Assembly (NCBI GenBank): GCA_012523365.1
Contig: JAAYIQ010000146.1
Coordinates: 466-64,465 of the forward strand
Length of the DNA: 64,000 nt
Origin: Clostridiaceae bacterium
Lineage (GTDB): Bacteria > Bacillota > Clostridia > Saccharofermentanales > Saccharofermentanaceae
Direction: 5' to 3'
Shown: positions 19,732-27,536 of the stretch, piece after piece
How positions within the stretch are numbered: the stretch's first letter is position 1
How the letters are laid out: each line of letters starts with the position of its first letter
Made by a program: the position numbers and the translations under genes
Notes under the pieces: generated by a model
What the model was told of the DNA's origin: nothing
The model's input: the letters and a program-made list of their open reading frames with translations, nothing else
Databases searched by the model: none

Positions 19732-21381
19732 ATGAAGAAAACATTCACCCGCCTGATGGCTTTGCTGATCGCAACCACAATGATTTGCGGCTTAATGGCC
19801 GCTTGCGACGGCATCGGGCAGAAAAAAGTGAAAACATTTGACATGTTTATCGCTATGCCCGGAACCGAGTTGAACGATGGCAACAAAGCTCAAGAGGAGA
19901 TCGCTAAGATCACCGGAGTCAAAGTCAAGGAAACTTGGCTCGTTAGCCAGTCCGCTGAGGAGGCAATTGGCGTTATGACTGCCTCCAAGGACTTCCCGGA
20001 CTTCATTGAGGCTTCCGACGGATACCAGATTATGGTTGATGCCGGTGCTCTCATTGCAATCGACGAGTACTGGGACAAATACCCGAACATCAAGAATTAC
20101 CTTTCCGAAGAAGAGTGGAACATGTGCCGTAAAGCTGATGGCCACATCTACGCGATTCCTCAGTTCGGTATCGTTAACGAGCGTGATGTCAGCCCGATTC
20201 ACGGTGACGAGGCTTGGTGGATCCAGACTCGTGTCTTGAAGTGGGCCGGATATCCCAAGGTCGAGACGATCGATGAGTTCTTCAAGTTGATTGAAGACTA
20301 CACAGCTGCAAATCCCAAGCACTCCGACGGAACAAATGTTATTCCGTATACCATCCTCTGCGATGACTGGAGATATTTCTGCTTGGAGAATCCGCCGCTC
20401 TTCCTTTCCGGTTCTCCCAACGACGGTTCCGTTATCGTTGATCCCGAGACCCGTAAGGTTGTCGACTACAACACAACTCCGATCGCTAAAATGTATTTCA
20501 ACAAGTTGAACGAAGTGTTCAAGAAGGGTCTCATTGATCCCGAATTCTTCTCTCAGTCCTATGACGAGTACATCGCCAAGATTTCCACCGGCCGTGTTCT
20601 CGGATTTGTTGACCAGTTCTGGAACTGGGGCTATACGGCTCAGGACGCCATCAAGGCTGCCGGTTTGACTGATTGCACATACGTTCCGCTTGGCATCGTT
20701 GCCGAGACGGGTATCGAAGAGCAATATCACAATGCACCGGTTCTTGACGTATCCGGCGGTCTTTCCATCACCACCGGTTGTAAGGATATACCCGGAGCGA
20801 TGAAGTTCATTAGTGATCTTCTGACCCAGGAAGTACTGACACTCCGTTTCTGGGGTGTCAAAGACGTCGATTACAAAGTTGATGAGAACGGTATGTTCTA
20901 CAGAACTCCGGAAATGCGCGCAAGTGCTATCGATGCCAACTATAAGGCCGATAACCTTTGCCCTTATGCCTACTTCCCGCAGTATCAGGGCATGAACCTC
21001 GACGGCAAGAACGCATGGCGTCCGGACAACCAGCCCTCCGAATTCTTCGAAGATCTGTTGCCGGAAGTGAAGGAATGCTTGGCTGCTTATGGTGCTGAGA
21101 CATACGTAGAGATGCTCAATCCCAGCAAGCCGAATCAGCCTTGGTTCCCGATGTGGTCCTTCTCCAATGACCTTACCACTGCGACTCCCGGAGGCCTTGC
21201 TTGGGCTACGATGAGTGAAGTGAAGCATGAGTATCTGCCGCGTGTCGTCATGGCCGACGATTTCGATGCGGAATGGACCGAATACTTGAAGATTTATTAT
21301 GAGCGCTGCGACATCGACGCCTTCCTTGCAGAAATGCAGGCTGAGGTTGACAGAAGAATCGCTGTTGCTGAAGGCAAATGA
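19732..21381 (+). CDS. ABC transporter extracellular solute-binding lipoprotein (LplA-like, CUT1)
   Basis: Lipoprotein signal MKKTFTRLMALLIATTMICGLMAAC. About 550 aa. Followed by two CUT1 permease genes. GAAGGGGG RBS before the ATG at 19732. Confidence 0.85.
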   Translation: MKKTFTRLMALLIATTMICGLMAACDGIGQKKVKTFDMFIAMPGTELNDGNKAQEEIAKITGVKVKETWLVSQSAEEAIGVMTASKDFPDFIEASDGYQIMVDAGALIAIDEYWDKYPNIKNYLSEEEWNMCRKADGHIYAIPQFGIVNERDVSPIHGDEAWWIQTRVLKWAGYPKVETIDEFFKLIEDYTAANPKHSDGTNVIPYTILCDDWRYFCLENPPLFLSGSPNDGSVIVDPETRKVVDYNTTPIAKMYFNKLNEVFKKGLIDPEFFSQSYDEYIAKISTGRVLGFVDQFWNWGYTAQDAIKAAGLTDCTYVPLGIVAETGIEEQYHNAPVLDVSGGLSITTGCKDIPGAMKFISDLLTQEVLTLRFWGVKDVDYKVDENGMFYRTPEMRASAIDANYKADNLCPYAYFPQYQGMNLDGKNAWRPDNQPSEFFEDLLPEVKECLAAYGAETYVEMLNPSKPNQPWFPMWSFSNDLTTATPGGLAWATMSEVKHEYLPRVVMADDFDAEWTEYLKIYYERCDIDAFLAEMQAEVDRRIAVAEGK

Positions 21382-21434
21382 GTTATTCTGTCTGATGACA
21401 TCTGACATATTGGTGCCATCATAAAATCGATTTC

Positions 21435-21473
21435 GAGAGGGTGGCCGGGTTTACGGACAACGGCCACCCTCTC
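21435..21473 (+). promoter_or_regulatory. 13-bp perfect intercistronic hairpin between the binding-protein and permease genes
   Basis: gagagggtggccg (21435-21447) pairs with cggccaccctctc (21461-21473) around a 13-nt loop. An A-run, not a T-run, follows. Confidence 0.7.
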
Positions 21474-21500
21474 ATCAATAAAAAAGGAAGTGTAGCGGCA

Positions 21501-22631
21501 GTGACGGATAATCATAAGCAAAACCTATCGGATCAAGATGAGAGACTGGCAGAAGAAAATGCCGCGAAGAAGACACTGGCATCAATTAAAAGACGCGAGC
21601 TTGCTTATTCTAAATCGTCTCAGAAGACATCTTCCGGTCCGAATTCTGATAAATCGACCGCTCTTATGTCGAGAAAAGATAAAAGAAAACTCAGATCCGA
21701 GAGAAATGCAGAACCGAAGGTCGAGTTGAGTCGAAGGACTATGCTCCGGCAGAGGGAATTGATTCTGATTACAATTCCTTTCGTACTTTACGGCATTCTG
21801 TTTTATTATATCCCACTCGGCGGTTGGGTCATGGCCTTTCAGAAGTATAAGCCGCAAGACGGTCTTCTGGGCTCTCAATGGGTCGGACTCGATGTTTTTA
21901 AGCATCTGTTCAGCGAGGCATCTTTTCGACTTGTATTCAGAAACACCCTCGCGATGGGCATCATCAATCTGATACTGAGTTTTGTTTTTGCAATCGGTTT
22001 CGCATTACTTCTGAATGAAGTGCGTCTACGGGCTCCTAAGAGATTTGTTCAGACTGTATCGTATCTTCCTCACTTTTTGTCCTGGATTATTGTTGTCGGT
22101 ATTGTTCGGGATATGTTATCGGTTGAACACGGAATCATAAATCAGATTCTGGTCGGGATCGGTATTTTTGATAAACCGTTGAATTTCTTTTCAAAACCGA
22201 ATCTTTTCTGGTGGATTGTCGGCTTCTCCAATGTTTGGAAGGAGACCGGATGGAACAGTATTATTTATCTTGCGGCCATCACCGCCATCAATCCGGAGAT
22301 GTATGAAGCTGCCGCTCTTGACGGAGCCGGGCGATTTGGAAAAATGTGGCATGTTACATTACCCGGAATCAAACCCACCATATTCATTTTGCTTTTAATC
22401 AACGTCGGCAACGTATTGAATGTCGGCTTTGAAGTTCAATATTTGCTCACCAACGGAATAGTAAAGAGTGTCTCTGAAACAATCGATATTTGGGTACTGT
22501 ATTGGGGTATCGGTCAAGGAGACTTCTCACTGGGTACGGCGGCGGGTATCTTTAAGAGTATTGTCAGCATCATACTAATATATTTAGCTAACGCAACGGC
22601 CAAAGCGGCCGGTGAAGAACGGCTGTTTTGA
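21501..22631 (+). CDS. ABC sugar permease (LplB-like) with hydrophilic N-terminal extension; start uncertain
   Basis: The TM core starts at LRQRELILITIPFVLYGILFYYIPLGGW. EAAALDGAG permease loop. The GTG at 21501 has an AAGGAAG RBS and lies downstream of the hairpin. The ATG at 21666 is an alternative. The ORF-track start at 21441 lies inside the hairpin. Confidence 0.8.
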   Translation: MTDNHKQNLSDQDERLAEENAAKKTLASIKRRELAYSKSSQKTSSGPNSDKSTALMSRKDKRKLRSERNAEPKVELSRRTMLRQRELILITIPFVLYGILFYYIPLGGWVMAFQKYKPQDGLLGSQWVGLDVFKHLFSEASFRLVFRNTLAMGIINLILSFVFAIGFALLLNEVRLRAPKRFVQTVSYLPHFLSWIIVVGIVRDMLSVEHGIINQILVGIGIFDKPLNFFSKPNLFWWIVGFSNVWKETGWNSIIYLAAITAINPEMYEAAALDGAGRFGKMWHVTLPGIKPTIFILLLINVGNVLNVGFEVQYLLTNGIVKSVSETIDIWVLYWGIGQGDFSLGTAAGIFKSIVSIILIYLANATAKAAGEERLF

Positions 22632-22648
22632 GGAAGGAGAGAAAAGAA

Positions 22649-23593
22649 ATGCAAAATATTGAGCTCCAACCCAAAACGGAGATCATGCCAATGAAGAAAA
22701 ATCGATTTAAGAAGGCGAACCCGGCAGATGTCATATTCGTGTTGATCAATACGTTAATTTTGTCCTTTACTGTTGCGATTACCCTATATCCGATTTTGAA
22801 CACCCTTGCAGTTTCTTTTAACGACGGATTGGATGCACTTCGGGGGGGGATATATCTTTGGCCTCGTGTAATATCGTTCAAAAACTACGAGACGGTCTTC
22901 AACACGAAGAATCTTGTCATCGGTGCACGAAACTCCGTTCTCAGAACCGCTATATCGGCAGTCCTGCACCTTTCGGTTACCGCTTTGCTTTCTTATGTTT
23001 TAAGCATAAAGGAGTTTGTTTTCAGAAAGCCCGTGTCGTTATTCTTCGTTTTGACGATGTATGTTAACGCCGGCTTGATTCCGACATTTCTCCTTTTCCG
23101 CGAACTTCAACTTACGAACTCTTTTATGGTTTACATTGTCCCGGGAATCGTTTCCGCATTCAATCTGTTGGTTTTGAGGACTTATATGAGCTCGCTTCCG
23201 GACAGCCTCAGAGAATCGGCTCAGATTGACGGAGCAAACCATTTGACTATATTTTGGAAAATATATGTGCCGATTTGTAAACCGGTTTTTGCAACGATCG
23301 CGTTATTCATCGCCGTATATCACTGGTCCGCATGGTTCGATAACATGATTTATAACCCGAGAAACACGAACCTCACCACGTTGCAGTATGAGCTTATGAA
23401 ACTTCTCTCTTCGGTTACCAGTCAGACATCATCCGGGGGCGCATACGGAAGAGGCTCACAACCGGTCGCAGTTACTCCGAACTCGATCCGTGCGGCGGCG
23501 ACCATCGTTACCTCTATGCCGATTGTTATTCTGTATCCTTTCCTGCAGAGGTATTTTATTACCGGTCTTACGATTGGCGGAGTCAAAGAATAG
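22649..23593 (+). CDS. ABC sugar permease (LplC-like)
   Basis: 6-TM MalG-type pattern with ESAQIDGAN loop. GGAAGGAGAG RBS before the ATG at 22649. Confidence 0.85.
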   Translation: MQNIELQPKTEIMPMKKNRFKKANPADVIFVLINTLILSFTVAITLYPILNTLAVSFNDGLDALRGGIYLWPRVISFKNYETVFNTKNLVIGARNSVLRTAISAVLHLSVTALLSYVLSIKEFVFRKPVSLFFVLTMYVNAGLIPTFLLFRELQLTNSFMVYIVPGIVSAFNLLVLRTYMSSLPDSLRESAQIDGANHLTIFWKIYVPICKPVFATIALFIAVYHWSAWFDNMIYNPRNTNLTTLQYELMKLLSSVTSQTSSGGAYGRGSQPVAVTPNSIRAAATIVTSMPIVILYPFLQRYFITGLTIGGVKE

Positions 23594-23674
23594 GAAAGTT
23601 TTCTCTCGCGTCGCCATCTTTTCGATATTGACCGGTTATTCGATATCGGCACTCCTTGAGCGTAAGCTCCGAAA

Positions 23675-23752
23675 CGGATAAGGCCTCCATCCGACCGAAC
23701 CATGCGGACGATTGATTCCGCCGCATCATCGGATCGAAGGAGGCCCTATCCG
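23675..23752 (+). other. 78-nt rod-like imperfect hairpin downstream of the ABC operon
   Basis: Outer arms cggataaggcctcc / ggaggccctatccg pair at 13 of 14 positions. Inner helices atccga/tcggat and atgcgg/ccgcat. No T-run follows. Confidence 0.55.
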
Positions 23753-23862
23753 TTCAAACAACAGATTCATATGTTTTATGAGTTTTCATCAAAAGAATTG
23801 ATTATGGAACGATGTATTTTGAAGTGATTGTCAATGATTAAGGTGTTGATGCCGAGCCATCT

Positions 23863-23878
23863 TTGATGATATCATCAA
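23863..23878. promoter_or_regulatory. perfect 16-bp palindrome TTGATGATATCATCAA upstream of the decarboxylase operon
   Basis: Read directly. It lies 126 nt upstream of the ATG at 24004, in an A/T-rich stretch with several further TGAT/ATCA copies. Confidence 0.5.
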
Positions 23879-24003
23879 TGTACGTTTGATAATGCAATCG
23901 GTTGGGCAGGCAACTGCTTCAAGATTACAGCTTTTCAGGGTGGGGAGGCTTCCGATGGAATTTCTCACCCTATATTTATGCTTAATTGTAAGGAGACGCG
24001 ATT

Positions 24004-25395
24004 ATGAAAGTTAAAATCACCGAAACCGTTCTCAGAGACGGGAACCAATCTCTCATCGCCACTCGTATGCCGTTTTCCGATTTTGAACCTATTCTGGAAA
24101 AATTGGATCAGGCCGGGTATCATTCACTGGAATGCTGGGGCGGAGCGACTTTCGATTCATGCTTAAGGTATCTGGATGAGGATCCGTGGGAGAGACTTCG
24201 GAGGATCAAAGCAAAGGTAAAAAACACAAAACTTCAAATGTTGCTTCGGGGACAAAACATTCTCGGATATAAACACTATCCCGACGATGTAGTCCGTAAA
24301 TTCGTCGCACATGCCGCCCAAAACGGTATGGACATCTTCCGGATTTTTGACGCACTCAATGATTTTCGCAACATCGAAGTAGCGGTGGACGAGACTCTGA
24401 AGCAGGGTGCTCACGCGCAGGGATGTATCTGCTACACGACCAGCCCGATTCACAATCTCGAAAAATACGAGGCGATGGGCATCGAACTTGAAAAACTCGG
24501 AGTTCACTCCATATGTATCAAAGATATGGCTGGGATCATGGGACCACAGGAAGCATATGACCTGATTAAAGCGCTGAAGAAAAGCGTGAAAATTCCTGTT
24601 TTTCTGCACACGCATTCGACGACGGGACTGGGTCCGATGACGTATATGAAAGCTGTTGAAGCGGGATGTGACGGAATTGACACCGCGATTTCGTCTTTTT
24701 CGGGCGGGACCTCACAACCGGCTACCGAATCCTTAAATTATGCGCTTAAGCAAATGGGCTTCGAAACGGGTCTTAACGAGAAGGTTTTGAAGGAAATCAA
24801 TGACTTTTTCAAAACGAAGAAGACTGATTATATTGCGAGCGGTATTTTGGACGCATTTGTCATGGGCACAGAGACCGATGCGTTGGTCTACCAGGTTCCG
24901 GGCGGTATGCTCTCCAATCTGATCGCCCAGTTGAAGGCACAAAATTCGATCAATCGTCTGGATGAAGTGCTCGAGGAAACTCCGAGAGTACGAAAAGATC
25001 TGGGGTATCCTCCGCTTGTTACTCCGATGAGTCAAATGGTCGGCGTTCAGGCCGCCACAAACGTGTTGGCCGGCGAGCGTTACAAGATGGTCTCCAAGGA
25101 GGTCCGGGCTTATCTGAAGGGCGAATACGGGCAGGCTCCGGGCGAAGTGGATCCGGAATTGATTGCCAAGGTGCTTGAAGGCGAAGAGGTGATTACCGGG
25201 CGATTTGCGGATACACTGGAACCTGCTTTTGATCGTACCAAGAAGGAAATCGGCTCGCTCGCCCGAAACGACGAGGATGTTCTTTCCTATATTGCTTTCC
25301 CGCAGGTTGCCGAGAAATATTTCCTTCGCCGTGAAGAAAAGGAGAGCAGAACAGTCACCTACTCGATAATCAAAAAGGAGGTTGAAACGGTATGA
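24004..25395 (+). CDS. oxaloacetate decarboxylase alpha-type carboxyltransferase (5S/PycB-like), lacking a biotinyl domain
   Basis: ITETVLRDGNQSL...ECWGGATFD...LLRGQN HMGL-like/PYC_OADA blocks. It ends at 463 aa with no AMKM motif. Confidence 0.88.
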   Translation: MKVKITETVLRDGNQSLIATRMPFSDFEPILEKLDQAGYHSLECWGGATFDSCLRYLDEDPWERLRRIKAKVKNTKLQMLLRGQNILGYKHYPDDVVRKFVAHAAQNGMDIFRIFDALNDFRNIEVAVDETLKQGAHAQGCICYTTSPIHNLEKYEAMGIELEKLGVHSICIKDMAGIMGPQEAYDLIKALKKSVKIPVFLHTHSTTGLGPMTYMKAVEAGCDGIDTAISSFSGGTSQPATESLNYALKQMGFETGLNEKVLKEINDFFKTKKTDYIASGILDAFVMGTETDALVYQVPGGMLSNLIAQLKAQNSINRLDEVLEETPRVRKDLGYPPLVTPMSQMVGVQAATNVLAGERYKMVSKEVRAYLKGEYGQAPGEVDPELIAKVLEGEEVITGRFADTLEPAFDRTKKEIGSLARNDEDVLSYIAFPQVAEKYFLRREEKESRTVTYSIIKKEVETV

Positions 25396-25763
25396 CGATA
25401 ACAGAAGCTCTTCCGATCGCTTTATTTATTCTATCTGTCGTTTTTGGCCTGTTGGGTTCTGTTTATCTCTTGATATTTTGCTTTTCGGGCATTATTCGAT
25501 TCGTGAGCAATAAGAAGGCGTCTGCCGTTTTATCGAAGGTTCCCGCACCGGGTTCCATAACGGATGAGTCGGTTCCATCGGGATCGGAACCCATATACGG
25601 AGGATCGATGAAGCTTAGGAACGTCGATGAACAAACGGCCGCCTTGATTATGGCGATCATCAGTGATGAATCGGGAATTCCGTCTTCCGAACTGATTTTT
25701 AAGTCGATTCGATTGATTGGTGAAGAACAAACAAAGCTCAGCAGTAAGGAGGCCGCATTATGA
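25392..25763 (+). CDS. OadG-like gamma subunit (single N-terminal TM)
   Basis: N-terminal TM helix and C-terminal DEQTAALIMAIISDE-type motif common in Firmicute gamma subunits. ATGA overlaps on both sides. Confidence 0.65.
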   Translation: MTITEALPIALFILSVVFGLLGSVYLLIFCFSGIIRFVSNKKASAVLSKVPAPGSITDESVPSGSEPIYGGSMKLRNVDEQTAALIMAIISDESGIPSSELIFKSIRLIGEEQTKLSSKEAAL

Positions 25764-26167
25764 TTTATACGATTAGAATCAACGATAAAGAATACGAGGT
25801 TGAAGTCGAAAGAGGCAAGGCCAGCATCATCAGTGCCACGGCTGTATCCGAAACCACAGTCGCTCAGCCGTCCGCGTCGGCACCGGCCGTACCGGTTGTT
25901 TCGTCACCGGCGGCATCGACCGTTTCTTCAGCCGCACCGTCTGTGGTGGGGGGCGGAACAACGGTTCGTGCACCAATGCCCGGATCTGTTCTGGATGTGA
26001 AGGTTACAGCCGGTCAATCTGTGCGAAAAGGGGATCTGCTTCTGATCCTCGAAGCGATGAAGATGGAAAATGAGATCGTTGCTCCGGCAGACGGCAAAAT
26101 TCGACAAGTTGTTGTTTCCAAGGGCGCGTCCGTCGCTACCGGCGATGTGCTGATTGTGACGGATTAA
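25760..26167 (+). CDS. biotin carboxyl carrier protein (stand-alone biotinyl domain with A/P/S-rich linker)
   Basis: EAMKMENEI biotinylation motif, preceded by an AQPSASAPAVPVVSSPAAS linker. Confidence 0.9.
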   Translation: MIYTIRINDKEYEVEVERGKASIISATAVSETTVAQPSASAPAVPVVSSPAASTVSSAAPSVVGGGTTVRAPMPGSVLDVKVTAGQSVRKGDLLLILEAMKMENEIVAPADGKIRQVVVSKGASVATGDVLIVTD

Positions 26168-26178
26168 GGAGGAAAACC

Positions 26179-27312
26179 GTGTTTGTTGAAGCGATAAAGA
26201 CAATATGGGAGAGTTCCGGCTTTTATGCCATGACGTGGCAAAATTTGGTCATGATCGTCTTGGCGTGCGTGTTGATATATCTGGCGATCGCCAAAAAATT
26301 CGAGCCGATGCTTCTCTTGCCGATTGCGTTCGGTGTTCTATTGGTTAATCTTCCGATCACCGGAATCATGGATTCTCCGATCGGCGATAATCCCGGAGGG
26401 CTCCTCTACTACCTTTACCAAGGCGTAAAATTAGGGATTTACCCCTCGCTGATTTTTCTCGGGATCGGAGCGATGACGGATTTCGGTCCCTTGATCGCAC
26501 GTCCTTCCAGCCTCTTGATCGGCGCCGGTGCTCAATTCGGAATCGCAATAGCATTTGTTCTTGCGATCGCATTGGGTTTTGAACCCGAAGCGGCGGCCTC
26601 AATCGCGATTATCGGCGGTGCGGACGGTCCGACGGCCATATTTCTGACTTCGAGATTATACCGGGATCTCTTACCGGCGATCGCGATTGCAGCATACTCA
26701 TACATGGCCTTGATACCGCTCATTCAACCTCCGATCATGCGACTTTTGACTACCAAGAAGGAGAGAGCCGTCAAGATGGAGCAGCTTCGAGAGGTCGGGA
26801 AAGTCGAGAAGATTTGTTTCCCGATCATCGTCACCATCTTCTGTGTGCTTCTCCTGCCGTCCGTCGCGCCTCTGATCGGGATGCTGATGCTTGGTAATTT
26901 ATTCAAGGAATCGGGCGTTGTGGAAAGACTTTCGAGCACTGCACAGAATGCGTTAATCAATATCGTGACCATTTTCCTGGGCATCACGGTCGGAGCAACC
27001 GCAAGGGCGGATAACTTTCTTCGCCCGGAAACGCTTAAAATCATCCTTCTCGGTTTGACAGCTTTCATCTTCAGTACCATCGGCGGACTTCTTCTGGGGA
27101 AGCTGATGTATCTGATCACCAAGGGCAAGGTCAACCCGCTGATCGGTTCAGCCGGTGTATCCGCGGTTCCGATGGCGGCCAGGGTATCACAGGTGGAGGG
27201 TCAGAGAGCCAATCCATCAAACTTTCTGCTTATGCACGCGATGGGACCGAATGTTGCGGGCGTGATCGGCTCCGCGATTGCTGCCGGTATCCTTCTCGCT
27301 CTGTTCGGCTGA
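26179..27312 (+). CDS. Na+-translocating decarboxylase beta subunit (OadB/GcdB/MmdB family)
   Basis: 377-aa polytopic protein with IIGGADGPTAIF and SAGVSAVPMAAR blocks typical of the family. Confidence 0.88.
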   Translation: MFVEAIKTIWESSGFYAMTWQNLVMIVLACVLIYLAIAKKFEPMLLLPIAFGVLLVNLPITGIMDSPIGDNPGGLLYYLYQGVKLGIYPSLIFLGIGAMTDFGPLIARPSSLLIGAGAQFGIAIAFVLAIALGFEPEAAASIAIIGGADGPTAIFLTSRLYRDLLPAIAIAAYSYMALIPLIQPPIMRLLTTKKERAVKMEQLREVGKVEKICFPIIVTIFCVLLLPSVAPLIGMLMLGNLFKESGVVERLSSTAQNALINIVTIFLGITVGATARADNFLRPETLKIILLGLTAFIFSTIGGLLLGKLMYLITKGKVNPLIGSAGVSAVPMAARVSQVEGQRANPSNFLLMHAMGPNVAGVIGSAIAAGILLALFG

Positions 27313-27332
27313 TCATTATCTGAAAAACGAAG

Positions 27333-27368
27333 AAACCGCGGCTGTCGTTCGGAACGCCGCGGTTTTTC
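27333..27368 (+). terminator. rho-independent terminator of the decarboxylase operon
   Basis: aaaccgcggc (27333-27342) pairs with gccgcggttt (27356-27365), running into TTTTT. Confidence 0.8.
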
Positions 27369-27536
27369 TATTGTCCTATTTTAAAAACTCGAAAAATACT
27401 CATAAACCCCCCGCTGTCATTGATTATACGGGATAATTGGGTTGCGTCTTTTCGCGAGTCTGTTATTATATTAAGGCAGTGTCTGTCCCAAGCGCTGTAA
27501 TTGTTGCGTCCGAACAGGACAGAAGGATGGTAGGTT

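Noticed and set aside
19792-21408. A 538-aa ORF antisense to the solute-binding-protein gene, spanning almost its whole length.
   Set aside because: It is in the codon-aligned reverse frame, so it stays open simply because the sense gene avoids TTA, CTA and TCA. The translation is typical antisense composition (L/V/R/S/G-rich) with no motifs. There is no RBS, and the sense gene has a clear lipoprotein signal and operon context.
21441-21500. The ORF-track start of the LplB-like permease at 21441.
   Set aside because: The first 33 nt would lie inside the 13-bp intercistronic hairpin, and no RBS precedes it.
23878-23892. A possible AraR half-site (AATGTACGTTTGA) upstream of the decarboxylase operon.
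   Set aside because: Only one half (TGTACGT) matches and the second half does not. There is no functional link to arabinose.
27313-27536. A possible riboswitch or leader upstream of the symporter (hairpin tctgtcc...ggacaga just before the RBS).
   Set aside because: It is only a 7-bp stem with a long unstructured loop. I recognise no conserved riboswitch core. I treat it as an ordinary 5-prime UTR unless covariation says otherwise.
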